From Felis catus (lineage: Eukaryota): a stretch of DNA of 64,000 bases. The stretch covers positions 24,864,001-24,928,000 of the forward strand of contig NC_058368.1 in the NCBI RefSeq assembly GCF_018350175.1, in the 5' to 3' direction. Positions 12,569 to 26,642 of this stretch are shown here, in pieces. The position numbers and the translations under genes were made by a program. The notes beneath the pieces were generated by a model. The model saw only the letters and a program-made list of their open reading frames with translations, searched no databases and was not told where the DNA came from. The number at the start of each line of letters is the position of its first letter. Position 1 is the stretch's first letter.

Positions 12569-14102
12569 GCTGAGCACGGGACACCTACAAGAAGCAGGGG
12601 GGCGATTCAAGCCATTCCAGAGTTTTCAACCCGGTGGCACGACCGACACAGGATTCCAAAAAGTGTATATTTGTCCAGCCAGGTAGCCTGTCCGGTATTT
12701 AACAAAAATGCTTCATTTTTTGCAAAAAAAAAAAAAAACAAACAAACAAACAAACAAACGAACGCAACCTCTTAAAAATATTTTTTTATGGTTGAATTTA
12801 TTGCCTCTGTGAAAATTTGGAGGGGAAAAAAAACACCTTATCTTCCAAGGCATCCTTCATGCTTTTGCCATTAGTCACGTTTAGTAGCTGTGGTGTTATT
12901 AATTTTAACAGTACTTCCAACCGGCTTAATTTAGCTGCCTTTTTTGTTCAAGGCGAGAACCAGGAGAGGGGGATATCACCAAACCAGTCCTTAAAGCCTG
13001 TTTCCGGAAGGCAACGTTTGCTCTGTTACGAGCCTCACCTTCTGTTCCCCTTCTCCTACACTCTGTCTCCTCCGGCTTTGCTCCACACTCTCTCCAAACT
13101 ATACCTTCTCTGTGGCCCACCCCTGCTGCCCGCTGTCATGTCTGAGCCATTTGAAGCACCTGACGAACCAGTCAGGCTGGTGGGGTCCCCAGAATCTCGG
13201 GAGACCTGCAGAAGTAAAACGTCGTCAGAGCCTTCCCTCAGAACTAGGGTCCCAAATGTCGTGAAGTTTTGGTTTTGTCAACCAATAGGAAGCTTCTGCT
13301 TTTTAACTCTAGAATTTGGGCTCGGGCCAGGTCTAACATCTTCAATACTGTGCCTTCAGAAAGATTGCGAACTCCAGACAGGTGACGTCCAAGGAGGGTG
13401 TCATTGAGCATCCGACCACTAGGGGGAAGTGTGGAGCCATAGCGAAGCCTCTGTCCCCCACCCACCGCGGTGCCGCCTGGGGTATGGCTAACTAACCACT
13501 CAGTTCTGCTTTCGTTTGCTCTTAGATCTTAGTGCATCTGGTTGCTGCAAGGCCATACTATCAGTGTTTATTTTTTTGGTACTTCAGATGCTTTTTGCCA
13601 CCCCCGGGGCTCAAGGGGCCGATGTGTGCCAATGAACAGTGCCACCCTCCACAGCGCTATGTACACCTAATGACATTTAAAGAATTCTGAAGCCAAACCA
13701 CAGGAGCAGTGTGAATTTGAGCAGCCCGAATAGGTTATAGGATTTCCGTGAAAGCATACTGAAGGCTAAAGAGCCACAGAGCATTGTGAACCAACACTAG
13801 GGTCCCTCCGTCATGGTGACAAGGCTCATCAACGAGGTATCTTGTAATGGAACTTAGCCATTTTTCAAAGCAATTGAAACGCCTCGCCCTGCATCTGTTC
13901 CCTGGCAGCAGGTTCGAGAAGCCAGTATGTGGCTTCTCCCGGCCCATAATCTATATTTCTGCTGCATCTGAACACAAAGCAGTTGGCTTTATCTTAGACT
14001 GAATTTAATGTAGCCTCAGATGATTCTCCCCCGCCTGCCTCCTGGAAGATTGTTACTGCCTTAATGGAAAATGAAGATAAAATAGTGACCCAGATCTCTC
14101 CA

Positions 14103-14108
14103 AATAAA
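14103..14108 (+). terminator. Probable LCP1 polyadenylation signal AATAAA
   Basis: AATAAA about 1.6 kb after the stop with downstream GT/T-rich tract (tgtttccttttgaaagttttgtg). Confidence 0.7.
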
Positions 14109-15759
14109 GTGTTCCCTTCATTAGATGTCTCTGGATGTTTCCTTTTGAAAGTTTTGTGGGCATGTAGTATAACTTGTTATTTCATTCAGCCAACATGCAG
14201 TAAAGGGCCTAATGGGTGTGGTAGGCATTGTGTCAGATGGCAGAAATATGCCGCTAAATAAGTCGCATCGTGCTCAGCTCATCAGGAAAGACTGAGGTTG
14301 AACAAACTGGCAGATGTGGTAAGTGATAAGTAACAACAGAGGGAGACAGCCTTAGAAGACATATTTTAGCTAAAAACTGAAGAGTCAGTTGGAGTTGGAC
14401 ACACTGAACCCAGTCATGAGCAAAAGCCAGACGTGGAACTTGGTGCAACGTGGCTTCTAGGGTGAGCCAAGAGGGAATCCTTTCTGGCTGGCCGTATCTG
14501 ATGTCCCCTCTCTAGCCTGGCTATCCGCACGTTGGCCGGCGGGATGCAGGACAGGAAGGAGCCTGGGGAGAATGCTGAGGAATTTCGCTGCAGCCCGGAT
14601 CCTCTCAGTTGAGCCACTGTGATGGAGAAGCGCCTATGTGGCAGGGCCAGCAGACGATTGTCACACGCACACAGCTGTGTGGAAGCTGTGGAAGCTCCCA
14701 GTGGAAGCTGGGAGTCCCGGCTTCACCAACAGCTTCTTTCTGGAGGTGGCTCTTCCCCAGCCTGAACATTCCTGCAACTTTCACACTCAGGAGGTAGCCG
14801 CCTTCCTGTATGACCGAGAGGCTGCGGATAGGAATGGTTCCTTTTCGTACAAGGCTGAGTTGATAGCTCACTTGACAAAGCCCGACCAGGCACAAGGAAG
14901 GAAAACTCAGCCTCTTGGGGAAGAGAAGGCTAACGGAGTCTACCAGGCTAGTCGTGATAATTTTTCTAAATTTCAAGGTTTGTTACTTTTTAAATAGTCA
15001 ATCCAAATATGGCATCAGAAGTTAAAATCGTACCAGAGGATTTACAGTGGAGAGGGGCCCAACTTCCCACCTCTGGGTCTAGAGGTGTGTGCCCTGAAGC
15101 CAGCTCCCATCACCTCACTGGAGCCAATTTTGGGAGCCTGTCGTTACATCATTGTTCGAAACTGGCCGTGATGGAAGTGTTTATGCCACATATGTGATCC
15201 AACTCTACAAATGGGGCTCTCTGTCTTATCCCCAGAGGGCTGGTTTATCAACTCACCACGCCCCCCTGCCCCGTCCCCCGGTTCCGCTCCTGGTCAGCAG
15301 CCACGGTTACTAATTCCTTTTGTATCCTTCTAGAAATATTCTATACACATAACACACACGCACACGCACACACACCCCTTTTTTATTACAAATATTAGCA
15401 TACCATACCCATAATTCTGCATTTCACTTTTTTTTACTTAACACCGTGTCTTGGAGATTGTTCCATATTGGTATGCATAGACCTGCCTCCATCCTTTCGT
15501 TAGGGTTTCGTTGTTATCTAGATATCCCAAACTGCATTTAACCAGTGGCTTATAAATAGATATTTAGGTTGTTTGATTGTTTGCCTCAGCAAATAAGGCC
15601 ACAGTGGATAATAATATGTCTCCTTCCTGTGCACAGAATGTTCATTCTAATTTGACAGGAATTTATCAAGTTCCGTCTCGATCAAAGGTATTAACGTCGG
15701 ATAGTAAAGCATAGGTCCTCTTTTAAGTTCCTTCAAATTATCTGACAAAATGGATCCTT

Positions 15760-15979
15760 TTTTTTTTTTAATTTTTTTTTCAACGTTTATTTATTTTTGG
15801 GACAGAGACAGAGCATGAACAGGGGAGGGGCAGAGAGAGAGGGAGACACAGAATCGGAAACAGGCTCCAGGCTCCGAGCCATCAGCCCAGAGCCCGACAC
15901 GGGGCTCGAACTCACAGACCGCGAGATCGTGACCTGGCTGAAGTCGGATGCTCAACCGACTGCGCCACCCAGGCGCCCC
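15760..15979 (-). mobile_element. Young Can-SINE (SINEC_Fc-like)
   Basis: TSD ctgacaaaatggatcctt. Confidence 0.93.
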
Positions 15980-16039
15980 CTGACAAAATGGATCCTTAAG
16001 CTGATCCCAACTCCCCCATTTTATACCTAAAGGAGCATG

Positions 16040-16152
16040 TTGGCTTGGGAGCACGCGTCTCTTGATCTCAGGGTCGTGAGTTCGAGCCCCACACTAGGCA
16101 TGGAGCCTACGTTAAAAAAAAAAACAAACAAACAAAAAAACAAACAAAAAAA
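16040..16152 (+). mobile_element. Short tRNA-derived SINE without CT tract
   Basis: B-box-like gagttcgagccc followed directly by an A-rich tail. Confidence 0.7.
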
Positions 16153-17275
16153 GCATATCGATCCAACAAGGAGATAATGTGCGTACACGTGCACACACAA
16201 AATGTAATAAAAGGCATAATGTGATAAACCCTATAACAAATTTGTAAATAAGGTATGGGAGCTCAGGGGAAAATTAATTCTGAATGAAGAGTTGCCAAAA
16301 CTGGGAGAAAAGCTGTCCTCCAATGAATGGGAAGGCAAGAACCATGCTTTATACATGTCAAAATTCCCTGCAGAACCAAGCGTTTTTCCAGACTTTTAGT
16401 AAGAGCTCAGTGGCGCTCTCAAAATTGATTCATATTAAACATAAGTGTTTCCTGACCATGAGAGACGCCAAACAGAGAAGGTCACTGGGGGGAAAATGAT
16501 AAAGCCGACATGCATACTCAGGTTTCAGAATGGAAGGTGTTCCTGTGTGTGTGGAAATTATGACAGGCTGTCTGATGCAATGTGATGGACTAGATGTACT
16601 TTTAAAGTCTCAGCCGGAGTGATTTTATCCACCTACACACACGCACACAGTCTAGTCTGTTCCCGGAAGCACAGCTGCAGTCTTGATTGTAAAAGGTGCA
16701 TGGGTTCAGCCCACCGTAGACCAGCCCATCTCGGACTGATGCTTCCCGCACAAGACACATTTCCATGTGCTCCCAGCATCCCTGGATGGCTCCCGTTCCA
16801 ACCTGCTGCCCAAGTTAGCGCACCTGTTGTCAACACAGCGGTTGCTGAGATGTAATGGACTTTTGTTCTCCGTCTACCCAGTGTACCAATACACGTGGAT
16901 TAAATGCTGGCAGGACTCTTGGTGAACTTGACCAGACGTCGCTGCCAGCCTCATGATCCAGAAACCAGAGGTGATGCTCATGGCAAGTTAGCGTTGACTG
17001 ATCTTGTGAAATCTAGTTCCTTTGATAGTTTCCTAATAAAATTCCAGTAATCAAGGCAGCTGCCTTTACTCAGGGTCCTGTCTCGCCATTTCTGAAAGAT
17101 TTACCAAATGAGTCTGTGCAGGAGTGACCAAAAAAAAAAAGTCAGAAAAGAAAATTGTGTAAATGTTTTCTCAGGTCTGAAGTCTACGTATATTTAATAA
17201 TCCATCTGTGTCAGGCACAGAAGCATAGGTAATCTAGTCAGTCCCCACTATTTCACCATTAACAATTCAGGGGCA

Positions 17276-17468
17276 GGGGCGCCTGCGTGGCTCAGTGGGT
17301 TAGGCGTCAGACTTCAACTCGGGCCATGATCTCGCAGTTTGTGAGCCCCGTGTCGGGCTCTGTGCTGACAGCTCGGAGCCTACAGCCTGCTTCGGATTCT
17401 GTGTCTCCCCCTCTCTCTCCCCCTCACCTGCTCACACTCTGTCTCTCAAAAATAAATAATAAAAAAAA
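17276..17468 (+). mobile_element. Can-SINE
   Basis: TSD aattcaggggca. Confidence 0.9.
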
Positions 17469-17779
17469 ATTCAGGGGCAGGTCAACAAAATGGCAGTAAG
17501 TTTTGTTATCTAGCATGTCAAAATTGGGGATTTCCATTTTATTGGGGGGGATTTCCATTTAAATGGGTATTTTGGTTAATAGAGAGCTATCACGTATCAT
17601 TTTGGAATAGGACATTTTAAAGGATTAGAATGCATGCAAATAATTATAAAGCTATGTGTAATGTAGCATTAAAGTTGATAATTCAGTAGGCTTCTCTGGA
17701 CTTGGCTATCCCAAGGTCCCAATGATGAGTCCCAAATATTCAAACTTTCTTGCCCGAAGGGTAGTACACAGGCCAAAGG

Positions 17780-17900
17780 CACCGGAAGCTGGTTAGAAAT
17801 GTACAATCTCAGCCCTTGCCATAGACCTATTAAATCAGAATTTGCATTTAAATAAGATTCCCAGTTAATTCACGTGCACATTGAAGTTTGAGAAACACTG
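17780..17900. mobile_element. MER5-like hAT fossil
   Basis: aatcagaatttgcattt...aagtttgagaaacactg end. Confidence 0.65.
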
Positions 17901-18529
17901 TCCTAAAAGAATAGAAGCTTTCTTGAAAGATCTACAGTTGATAGGTAGTTAATTTAATCTGCTTTCAATTAAATTTTTCTTTCCCAATTACAGTAGACTT
18001 GAGAGATTAAAACAACTTTCCACTCACATTTTCCCATCATCAGTAAATTTTCAAGGTAGCTAGAGTGGTTTTGCCCTTTAGTTGGATGCATCCCCCACCA
18101 CCCAGCCTTGCCCTTTGCTGTTCCTCTCTCCATTGACCCCCCCTTCCCTGTGGCACCCATTCCCAGGCACAGGCCCAAGCTTTATCTCCTGATCTTCCTG
18201 GATACCTTTAATGTGTCTCTTGGCCTGGCCTTCTCTCACTGAACGCCTAGGGCCGCCATTTAAATACATCCAACCCGGCACCATAACACTGGTCTTCCCT
18301 TCTGTTTCTTCCCCACCTACATCAAGCCTCCTGGATTTTCTCTCATGGTCTCTGGAGCAATCTCTCTATGATTTCCAGTGACGGCAAATAATGTAGTAAA
18401 CCAAACTGTCCCAAGGACAGGGATCATGGCCCTCCAGAGCCTACTCTTTTCTCCCTCAAAACATGAACGTTGAAATGACTTTCTGGGGGATGTAGTTTCA
18501 TCAGTGTTATCTTCGCCAATTTTCTTTCT

Positions 18530-18727
18530 CTTTTTTTAATATTTATTTTTTGTAGGGGAGAATGCAAGCAGGGGTTGGGGGAGGGGGGAAGAGGGAGACA
18601 GAGGATCTGAAGCAGGCTTTGTACTGACAGGCTGACATCAGCAAAATGGGGCTCGAACTCATGAACTGCAAGATCATAACCTGAGCTGAAGTTGGACACT
18701 CAACGTACTGAGCCACCCAGTTGCCCC
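18530..18727 (-). mobile_element. Can-SINE (diverged)
   Basis: Poly-T start, gagccacccagttgcccc end. Confidence 0.85.
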
Positions 18728-18904
18728 TCTTTAGAAATTTTCTAATGGCAAAGAGAGAGAGGCAAGTACCTTCCAAGCGAGCAACTACAATGTGCAAAGG
18801 TCCAGTGGTTGTCTTTGAGGAACTGAAAGAAAGACTAGTATGGCTGGTGGGGAGTGAGACCCACCATACCACGAGAAGTAAATGGTCTAGTGAAAGGGTT
18901 AGTA

Positions 18905-19266
18905 GGGGTCCTCAGACATTGGGGCACTTAAGAATCCCCTGGGGAGCTTGTTAAAATACAAATTTCCCAGAACTCACAAGATTCAATGCCTATAGAGGTG
19001 GTAAGTCCAGGAGCCTGCATTTTCCACAAATACCTAGGAGAGTCCGTAACTCACAGAGCACACTTGGAGAAGCTCTGTTCCAGAACAGCTGTTCTCAACC
19101 CTAACTGCACGTTGAAATTATCTTGGGGGTTTTAACAAAATGCTGATGCCCTATACCCCTTCCTCCAAGATTCTGATGTAACTGATCCGATGGGGCAGCC
19201 TGGGCAGGCAAATATTTAAAAGATCCCCAAATGACTCCGATATAGAGTCAAGTTTCAGAACTACAG
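18905..19266. mobile_element. Two adjacent MER5-like fossils
   Basis: agaatcccctggggagcttgttaaaa motif and second copy cagctgttctcaacc...aagtttcagaactac. Confidence 0.55.
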
Positions 19267-19333
19267 ATCTATAGCCTGGTGTACCCTTCAAAGGCAGGAC
19301 TGGGGGAAGCATGTTAGAAAGTGGGGAGACCAT

Positions 19334-19560
19334 GGGGCGCCTGGGTGGCTCAGTCGGTTGAGCATCCGACTTCGGCTCAGGTCACGATCTCGCGGTCCGT
19401 GAGTTCGAGCCCCGCGTCGGGCTCTGGGCTGATGGCTCAGAGCCTGGAGCCTGCTTCCGATTCTGTGTCTCCCTCTCTCTCTGCCCCTCCCCCGTTCATG
19501 CTCTGTCTCTCCCTGTCTCAAAAATAAATAAATGTTAAAAAAAAAATTAAAAAAAAAAAA
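19334..19560 (+). mobile_element. Can-SINE (young)
   Basis: TSD agaaagtggggagacca. Confidence 0.93.
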
Positions 19561-20829
19561 AGAAAGTGGGGAGACCAATACAAGGGATGATGATTTAGAA
19601 AGGGGGAAAGAGGGGGTGGAAATTTCCCAAGACAAACCTTGCTTTGTTCACAATTTAGCCAACAAGCATTTGCCTGTCTGGGTGCCACGTAAGCTTCTTG
19701 GTGGCACAGGTCTCAGGCTCTTGCTGGCCAAAGCAAGGATATCAGAACCCGGAAAAGAGTTCCCTGCCTTCATGCCTCAAATCCCCCTCTTCAGTGGTTT
19801 CGGAGATGGCATTATCCTTTCTCCCCTCTTGAAACACAAGGGCCCGCATACACCAAACCTTTGTGCAAATTATAAAACTGCTTCACTCTTCGTGAATAAA
19901 CATGAGAGAGAACGTACGGAAGGAAAAAACATGTATCAACTAAGTGTCTTCAAAACCTCCCAGGATTATGCAGCTTTAATGGCTGAATGGTTTTGAAAGG
20001 AAACCTTGAGCTACACCTGAACTCATAATAAAAATACCAAATTAATTGACTCTCTTAGTGCTTACCTAACAATAAGCCTGAGCTCTGTACCCAGGTGAGA
20101 CCAGCCCAGATCTCAGTGGCACTTGCCCTTATCCTCAGACTGCTCCAACCGAGAGAAAGGCAAAGCAGACCAGTCCTCACAGGGAAAATTACCTTCTTAC
20201 ACAGTCTTAATAAAAACTGAGGGCTAGGGCTCTTGAAAAAGAACTTGCCATATTATTATTGCCAGCTGATCTTCCAAACTGGCTGGAGAACAAATGTGTA
20301 AATTAGCTGAGTCCCAGGGGACATGCTCAGTCAGCTAGGTCTCCCAGAACTAGATTCTCTTCTGGGGAGGTGACTCATCACCTAGCTCTGGGAGCATCAG
20401 AGGAAGAGGACGAGTTGTAGCAAGGTCGCAATGAGCCGGAAAAGGCTCCAGGCATAGAACGTGTTGGCCCCTGCCAATGCCCTTGCTGGTTTATGTTTTT
20501 TATATAAATGGGACATCTCGAGCACTTGTTTCTGCCAGTTATTTTCAAATGTTATCCTACTGAATCCTTACAACAGCCCTCTGACAGAGGTTTTTATTAA
20601 TCTCATTTTTCAAAAGGGGAAATTGCATCTCTGAGAGGCTAAGCGATTTGCCTGTGAACTAGGGGTGGAGTCCGTCTGATCAAACTTTACGTTCTTTTTC
20701 TTCTTCATGAAAGGTACCAAGGTCAGAAATCTCAGGGAGAGATGCAGAACAAGGAAGAAAACTTGTCTCCATGTTTTTCTTCTTTCTTTCCTTCCTACCT
20801 CCCTTTCTTCTGTTCTTCTTTTTCTTCAG

Positions 20830-21237
20830 AAAAATAAATCCAACTTTTAAGTGTCAAGTTTGAGACGTTTTGGCTGTAAACAATCATGTAATTACCACCA
20901 CAGTCAAAATATAGAATCTTTCTACCACTCCAAAAAAATTCTCCTGTACCTCTTTGCAGGTTAATTTCTTCCCCACCAGCCCCAGTCCCTGGCAACAACC
21001 AACCTATTTTCTGTCTCTATAGTTTTGCCTTGTATAGTGTATCATATAGTTGGGATCATACAATATAAATCTTGTAGTATTTGCCAGTTTTAGTTGGCAT
21101 GCTTTTGAGATTCATCTATCTTGTTGCATGATCGGTAGTCTCTTCCTTTATGCTGCCGAAGAGCATTTCTTTGTATGGACGTACCATAATTTGTTTATTT
21201 ACTCCCCAGTTAATGGACATTTGGTTTGTATCAAAGT

Positions 21238-21306
<69 letters not shown>

Positions 21307-21970
21307 TCCTTCCTTCCTTCCTTCCGTTATAAATAAAACTGCTAGAGACACCCAATGTTTTGAATATTCAGCTGTTATGAACATTCAGGTCTTTGCATAG
21401 ACACTGTTTTCCTTTCACCTGGGTAAATACATAAAGCAAATGACTAGGACATATAGTAAGTATGTTTAACTTCATAAGAAATTGCCAAACTTTTGCAAAA
21501 TGACTGTACCATTTTGCATTCCTGCAAGCAATGTATGAGAGTTCAAGGCATTCCACATCTTCACTATTACTTCATATTGTTAGCCTTTTTTCATTTAGTT
21601 ACTCCACAGGTGGGTAGTGATATATCATTGTGGTTTAATTTGCATTTCCTTAGTAATTAATGGTGTTGAGTGTGTGATTACTGGACATTTGTATGTTTAG
21701 GAAAGTGTCTGTATAATCTGCCCACTAAAAAAATTTTTTGGTCTTATTCCTGATTTCTAAGTGTTCTTTATGTATGTTGGACATAAATCCCTTACCCAGT
21801 ATGTGTTTTGAAAATATTTTCTTTCAGTTCATGGCTTGTCTTTTCATTTTGTTAAAACTATCTTTTGAAGAACAAGTGCTTTTAATTTTGATGAAGTCCA
21901 GTTTTTCAAATTTTTCTTTTGTGATTTGTGTTTTTTATGTTCTATCTAAAAAATCTTTGCCTGACCCAAG
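20830..21970 (-). mobile_element. Old L1 3' fragment containing (TTTC)n at 21238-21325
   Basis: Antisense L1M ORF2 end/3' UTR motifs (tgactgtaccattttgcattcc, ttaatttgcatttcc). Confidence 0.8.
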
Positions 21971-23154
21971 TTCTTTGGGTTCAGCCATAAGAAGCCCCCG
22001 CAGGAAAACAAAGGAAAGGAGGATGAGGTCAGGATATTTTTTTCTTCTAGCTCCTTCCATGCAAGATGAGGAAAAATTGGTTGAGTTTCTGGATGAGAAC
22101 TCACAGTTCTTGTCACTCAGCCCTCTGCATATGGCTCTGTGTATTTCCACGTTCTTATCTTTTCAGATACTAATTACTAGTCTTGGTATACTCACTGGTC
22201 TTTTGTTATTTCCCTATACCTTGCCCACATCAGTGTAAACAATACTTTTATTAAACTCCCCACAAATTAACCAAATTGAGTGTGCCATCTTGCGATATTC
22301 ACCAGGAAGTCTTCTTAGGTTCAACAAAACATTCAGAAAACACAACATTCACAAAAACCTTGACCCGCCTCATTCGGCACCATTCACTCAGAGATATATA
22401 AGATAGAAACCAAAGCTTGACACAAGGCAACGTCAGGAGTTCCTGTTGCATTTGAGTAGTTCTTGGAACAGTCAATGAAACACTCTACACAGTTTTCCAG
22501 GCTCCCCAAATGACATTTCAGATGTGAAGGAATGAGATTTATGTCAGGAAGTTATAAGAATCACCCTGGCTTAGAAGCCCCATGCCCCCAGTAGCCAACC
22601 TTTTGTAATCACTTCACAAGCACAGATTCCTGGGTCCCTGTAGAGACACGCCCAGTTACAAAAGTCACGACCTTCAGAGAAGCTTAAGGCTATGATGTCC
22701 CAATCAGCTCATTTATGGCATTTCCTAGTCCAGAAACAACTTACCCAGCAGGGGTTATTTCTATCATAAATAATATTGCCTAAAACTTGGGCTCTTTACC
22801 TTTATCAAGTTCTCAGGGGAACAGAGTGAGAAAGATAAGTGAAAGTCAAATTTTCATGCAAAAACATTCATTCCCCGCTGGATCACAGACTATATATTCT
22901 CTGTATCTCTTTTTTGTTTATTTAAATTATCACAGAAAAATGGTAGTATGCTAAATCTTCCCTATGTTGTTATGTATTTATGCTTGAATTTCTGTCACAT
23001 TTTGCTTTATGTTTTCATGGTGTTTTTTCAATTCATAAAGTTTAATGATTCTTGTATATTAATTATATCTGTTATCGATCCCAATTGATCTTTGTCCAGT
23101 TTAATGCTTTTGCATTGATTGAGCTTACTTTGTCTGATTTCAACACTACCACCT

Positions 23155-23675
23155 TTAAAAAATTAATAGGCTATTTTCTAGAGCAGTTCTAGGTTTACAG
23201 AAAAGTCGATCAGAAAACACAGAGTTCCCACATACCTCTCCCTCGCCACACAGTTTCCCTTGTTATTTACAACTTATATTAGTGTGGTACAGTTTGCTAC
23301 AATTGATGAATCAGCATCAATACATTATTATTAACTAAATTCCATAGGCTACATTATGGTTCACTCTTTGGTACATTCTATGGATTTTAACAAATATATG
23401 ATGACACGTGTCCATCAATATTTCTTATACACGACAGTTTCACTGATCTAAAAACCCTCTGTGTTCCCCCAGTGCATCCTCTTTCCCTCCCCTCCGCCCA
23501 GTGCAACCACTGATCTTACTGCCTCCAGTTTTGCCTTTTCCAGAATGTCATATAAGTGGAATCCTACCGGAGGCAGCCTTTTCGGATTGGTTTCTTTTGC
23601 TAGCAACGTGCTTTTAAGTTTCCTCCATGTATTTCTATGGTGTGATAGCTCATTACTTTTGACTGCTCCGTGGTA
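23155..23675 (-). mobile_element. Old L1 3' UTR fragment
   Basis: gagcagttctaggtttacagaaaa and ttttgccttttccagaatgtcata motifs. Confidence 0.7.
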
Positions 23676-24178
23676 GTTTTTGTTTCTGTTTTATTGATGT
23701 CTCGTTCTACACACGTTCTATTTTTAGACTTTCTAGATTGTTCTACTTTAGGTGTAAACATTCTAAAAAATTGTAAACCTGCAATTACCTCCCAGAGGCA
23801 AGAGATCTGGGAGCCCTCTCCTGTGTAGCTGACCGCTGAGGGCAGAGCAGGAGAACTGAGAGCAAATTGTGAGGCAGTCAGACCCTGCTAAAGACGATTT
23901 GCTCCTGTTCTTAAGTAATTTGAGACTCTGGTAAATAAAATGTCATGAAAATAACAGCAAAGCCCAAACCCAGCTCAGCTGTAGCCGAGATTAACTCAAT
24001 CCCTCCCACTAGTGGCCTGAAGAAGAAGATATAGGACTATTCAGGACGTAAGCACTATTTACGTCAGCCTATTCTATCCTTTTACACGTCATATCTGACA
24101 TTCAATAAAAAATCATAAGCACGTGAAAAAAAAAAAAAACAAGAACATGTGACCTAACTTTAAGAGATGAAATTTTTA

Positions 24179-24300
24179 GGAGCACCTGGGTGGCTCCGTC
24201 GGTCAAGCGCCCGACTCTTGATTTCAGCTCAGGTCATGATCTCATGGTTGTGAGATTGAGCCCCACAGGGGGCGCCATGCTGGGCATGGAGCCTGCTTAA

Positions 24301-24351
<51 letters not shown>

Positions 24352-24421
24352 TCTCCTTATGCCCCTCCCCTGCTCTCTCTCTCTTTCTCATAAATAAATA
24401 AATAAATAGCATTAAAAAAAA
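24179..24421 (+). mobile_element. Can-SINE with long (CT)n
   Basis: tRNA head, CT run, (AAAT)n tail. Confidence 0.9.
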
Positions 24422-24695
24422 TCACTGCAAAACTTAATGGTATAGGTTCACACTTCCACGGTCAATTGACTTTTTGCAAAAACATTGACAAAGTGATTTC
24501 ACAGGGAAAAGAAAGTTTTTAGTCGATGGTGTTAGAAGGACGGGGTGTCTAGAAGGCTAAACAACCTCACACTCTGCCTCATACCACACACAAAAGTTAA
24601 TTCGAGATGGATCATAAGCCTAAAATAAAGGCCCAAACTATAAAGCTTCAAGCACAGTTCCATGACCTTGAACTCATCAAAACCTTCTTAAACAA

Positions 24696-24921
24696 GGGGC
24701 GCCTGGGTGGCGCAGTCGGTTAAGCGTCCGACTTCAGCCAGGTCACGATCTCACGGTCCGTGAGTTCGAGCCCCGCATCAGGCTCTGGGCTGATGGCTCA
24801 GAGCCTGGAGCCTGCTTCTGATTCTGTGTCTCCCTCTCTCTCTGCCCCTCCCCCATTCATGCTCTGTCTCTCTCTGTCCCAAAAATAAAAAAATTAAAAA
24901 AAAAAAAGTTGAAAAAAAAAA
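24696..24921 (+). mobile_element. Young Can-SINE (SINEC_Fc-like)
   Basis: TSD aaaaccttcttaaacaag. Confidence 0.93.
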
Positions 24922-25296
24922 AAAACCTTCTTAAACAAGACACAGAACATACCAATAACCAAAGAAAAATTGATAACGTGGACTCACCAAAATTAACAAT
25001 GTCTGTTCTTCAAAAGGCACCAATAAAAAGTGGGTGAGCCACCAAGTGACAAAAAATATTCACAAAACATATATCTAGACAAAGGAGCTAGATTCAGAGT
25101 ATATAAAGAACTCCTACAAGGTACGACAAAAAGAGAAACAATTGAATTTTCTAAATGGTCAAAAGATTCTAACAAGAGTCTTCTTCGGGAAGATATATTC
25201 ATAACACTTCTAGGTGACAAAGGACTGATGTCCAGAATATAAGTAACTCCTACAAATCAGAAGTAACACGAACAGTATGATTAAAAATCAGGCAAA

Positions 25297-25508
25297 GGGG
25301 GTGCTTGGGTGGCTCAGTCGGTTAAGCATTTGACTCTTGGTTTCAGCTCAGGTCGTGATCTCGTGGCTTTGTGGGTTTGAGCCCTGCATCGGGCTCTGTG
25401 TTCCCAGTGCCAGTGCTGCTTGGGGCTCTCTCTCTCTCTCTCTCTCTTTCTGCCCCTCTCCCACTCGTGCTCTGTCTCTCTAAAAATAAATAAATAAACT
25501 AAAAAAAA
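25297..25508 (+). mobile_element. Can-SINE
   Basis: TSD aaaaatcaggcaaa. Confidence 0.9.
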
Positions 25509-26642
25509 TCAGGCAAAAGATCTGAACACACACACACACACACACACAGCCAAAATGCTTAACATCATCAGTCATTATGAAATGTAAATTAACATCACAA
25601 TTACTTAGCGCCACACTTTCACTAGAATGGCTGAAATAAAAAACACTGCATCAGGTAACAACAAGGATGTGGCTCAACTAGAGGCTCAAGTAATAGGGTG
25701 TCCGTGGGAGCGTCAAATGGTGCAATCACCTTGGAAAAAGGCACAACAGTTGCTTATAACATGAAGTATCCCTATTACCTAGCAATTCAACTTCTAGATA
25801 TTTACCCAAGAGAAATGAAAACACTTATCCACCAAAAAAGCCTTGCACAAGTATATTTGGAGTAGTTCTGTTCATAATAGCCCCAAACTGAAAACATCCC
25901 GGATGTCTATTGACAAGAGAATGGGTAAACAAATACTGTTATATTGCTCAACAATGAAAAGGAATAAATTGCTGACACACGCAGCAATGCGAAAGAACAA
26001 AAGGAACCTGACACAAAAGAGTGCAGGCTACAAGCCATAGACTGAAAGTCTGTGTTCTTCTCATCCCTCACACATATATTGAAACCTAGTCTCCAATACG
26101 ATGGTATTTACGTGGAGCCTTAGGGAGATGCTTAGATCATAATGGTGGGTCCCTTATGAATGGGATCACTGCACTTATAAAAGAGATCCCAGAGGGCTCT
26201 ATCATTTCGTTTTCATTTTCTTCACACCATGTGAGGATACAGCCAGAAGGCAGCCATCTATGAACCAAGAGCTGGGTTCTCACCGGCACCGAATCTTTGC
26301 CCTGGTCTTGGACTTCCCGCTTTCCAGAACTGTAAGAAATAAGTGTTTGTTGTTTAAGCCATTCAGTCTATGGTATTTTTGCTACAACACCCTGAACCGG
26401 CTAGGACAGTATATGATTCCATGAAGTTCTAAAACAAGCAAAATTAACCTCTGGTGATAAAATCGGAAGAGAGGCTGCTAGAGTAGAGGGGAAACTGGGA
26501 CAAATATCAAAGAACTTCTGGAATGATGGAAATGTTCTATACCTTGATAGGGGTGTGGGTTACTCAAGCGTATGTATTTTTCAAGACTAATCTAACCATA
26601 CACTTAAGATCTGTGTATTTCAATGTATGTACTTCAATTAAA

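Larger units (their letters stand above)
12512..14130 (+). other. LCP1: LCP1 3' UTR (about 1.6 kb, end approximate)
   Basis: Mostly unique sequence after the stop, ending at AATAAA followed by GT/T-rich sequence. Confidence 0.7.
24460..26640 (+). mobile_element. Old L1 ORF2/3' fragment interrupted by SINEs and an MLT1 LTR (about 26030-26410)
   Basis: Degenerate L1 ORF2 C-terminal motifs; MLT1 motifs ttggacttccc...agaactgtaagaaataa. Confidence 0.7.

Noticed and set aside
12817..13407. 196-aa ORF, the longest in the track
   Set aside because: Lies in the LCP1 3' UTR, starts at TTG, and has no recognisable domain or splice context
16040..16112. Possible tRNA gene
   Set aside because: Degenerate 5' half followed by an A-tail; a SINE-type retrocopy rather than a functional tRNA
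21050..22238. Hydrophobic membrane-like ORFs
   Set aside because: Antisense L1 and (TTTC)n low-complexity translations
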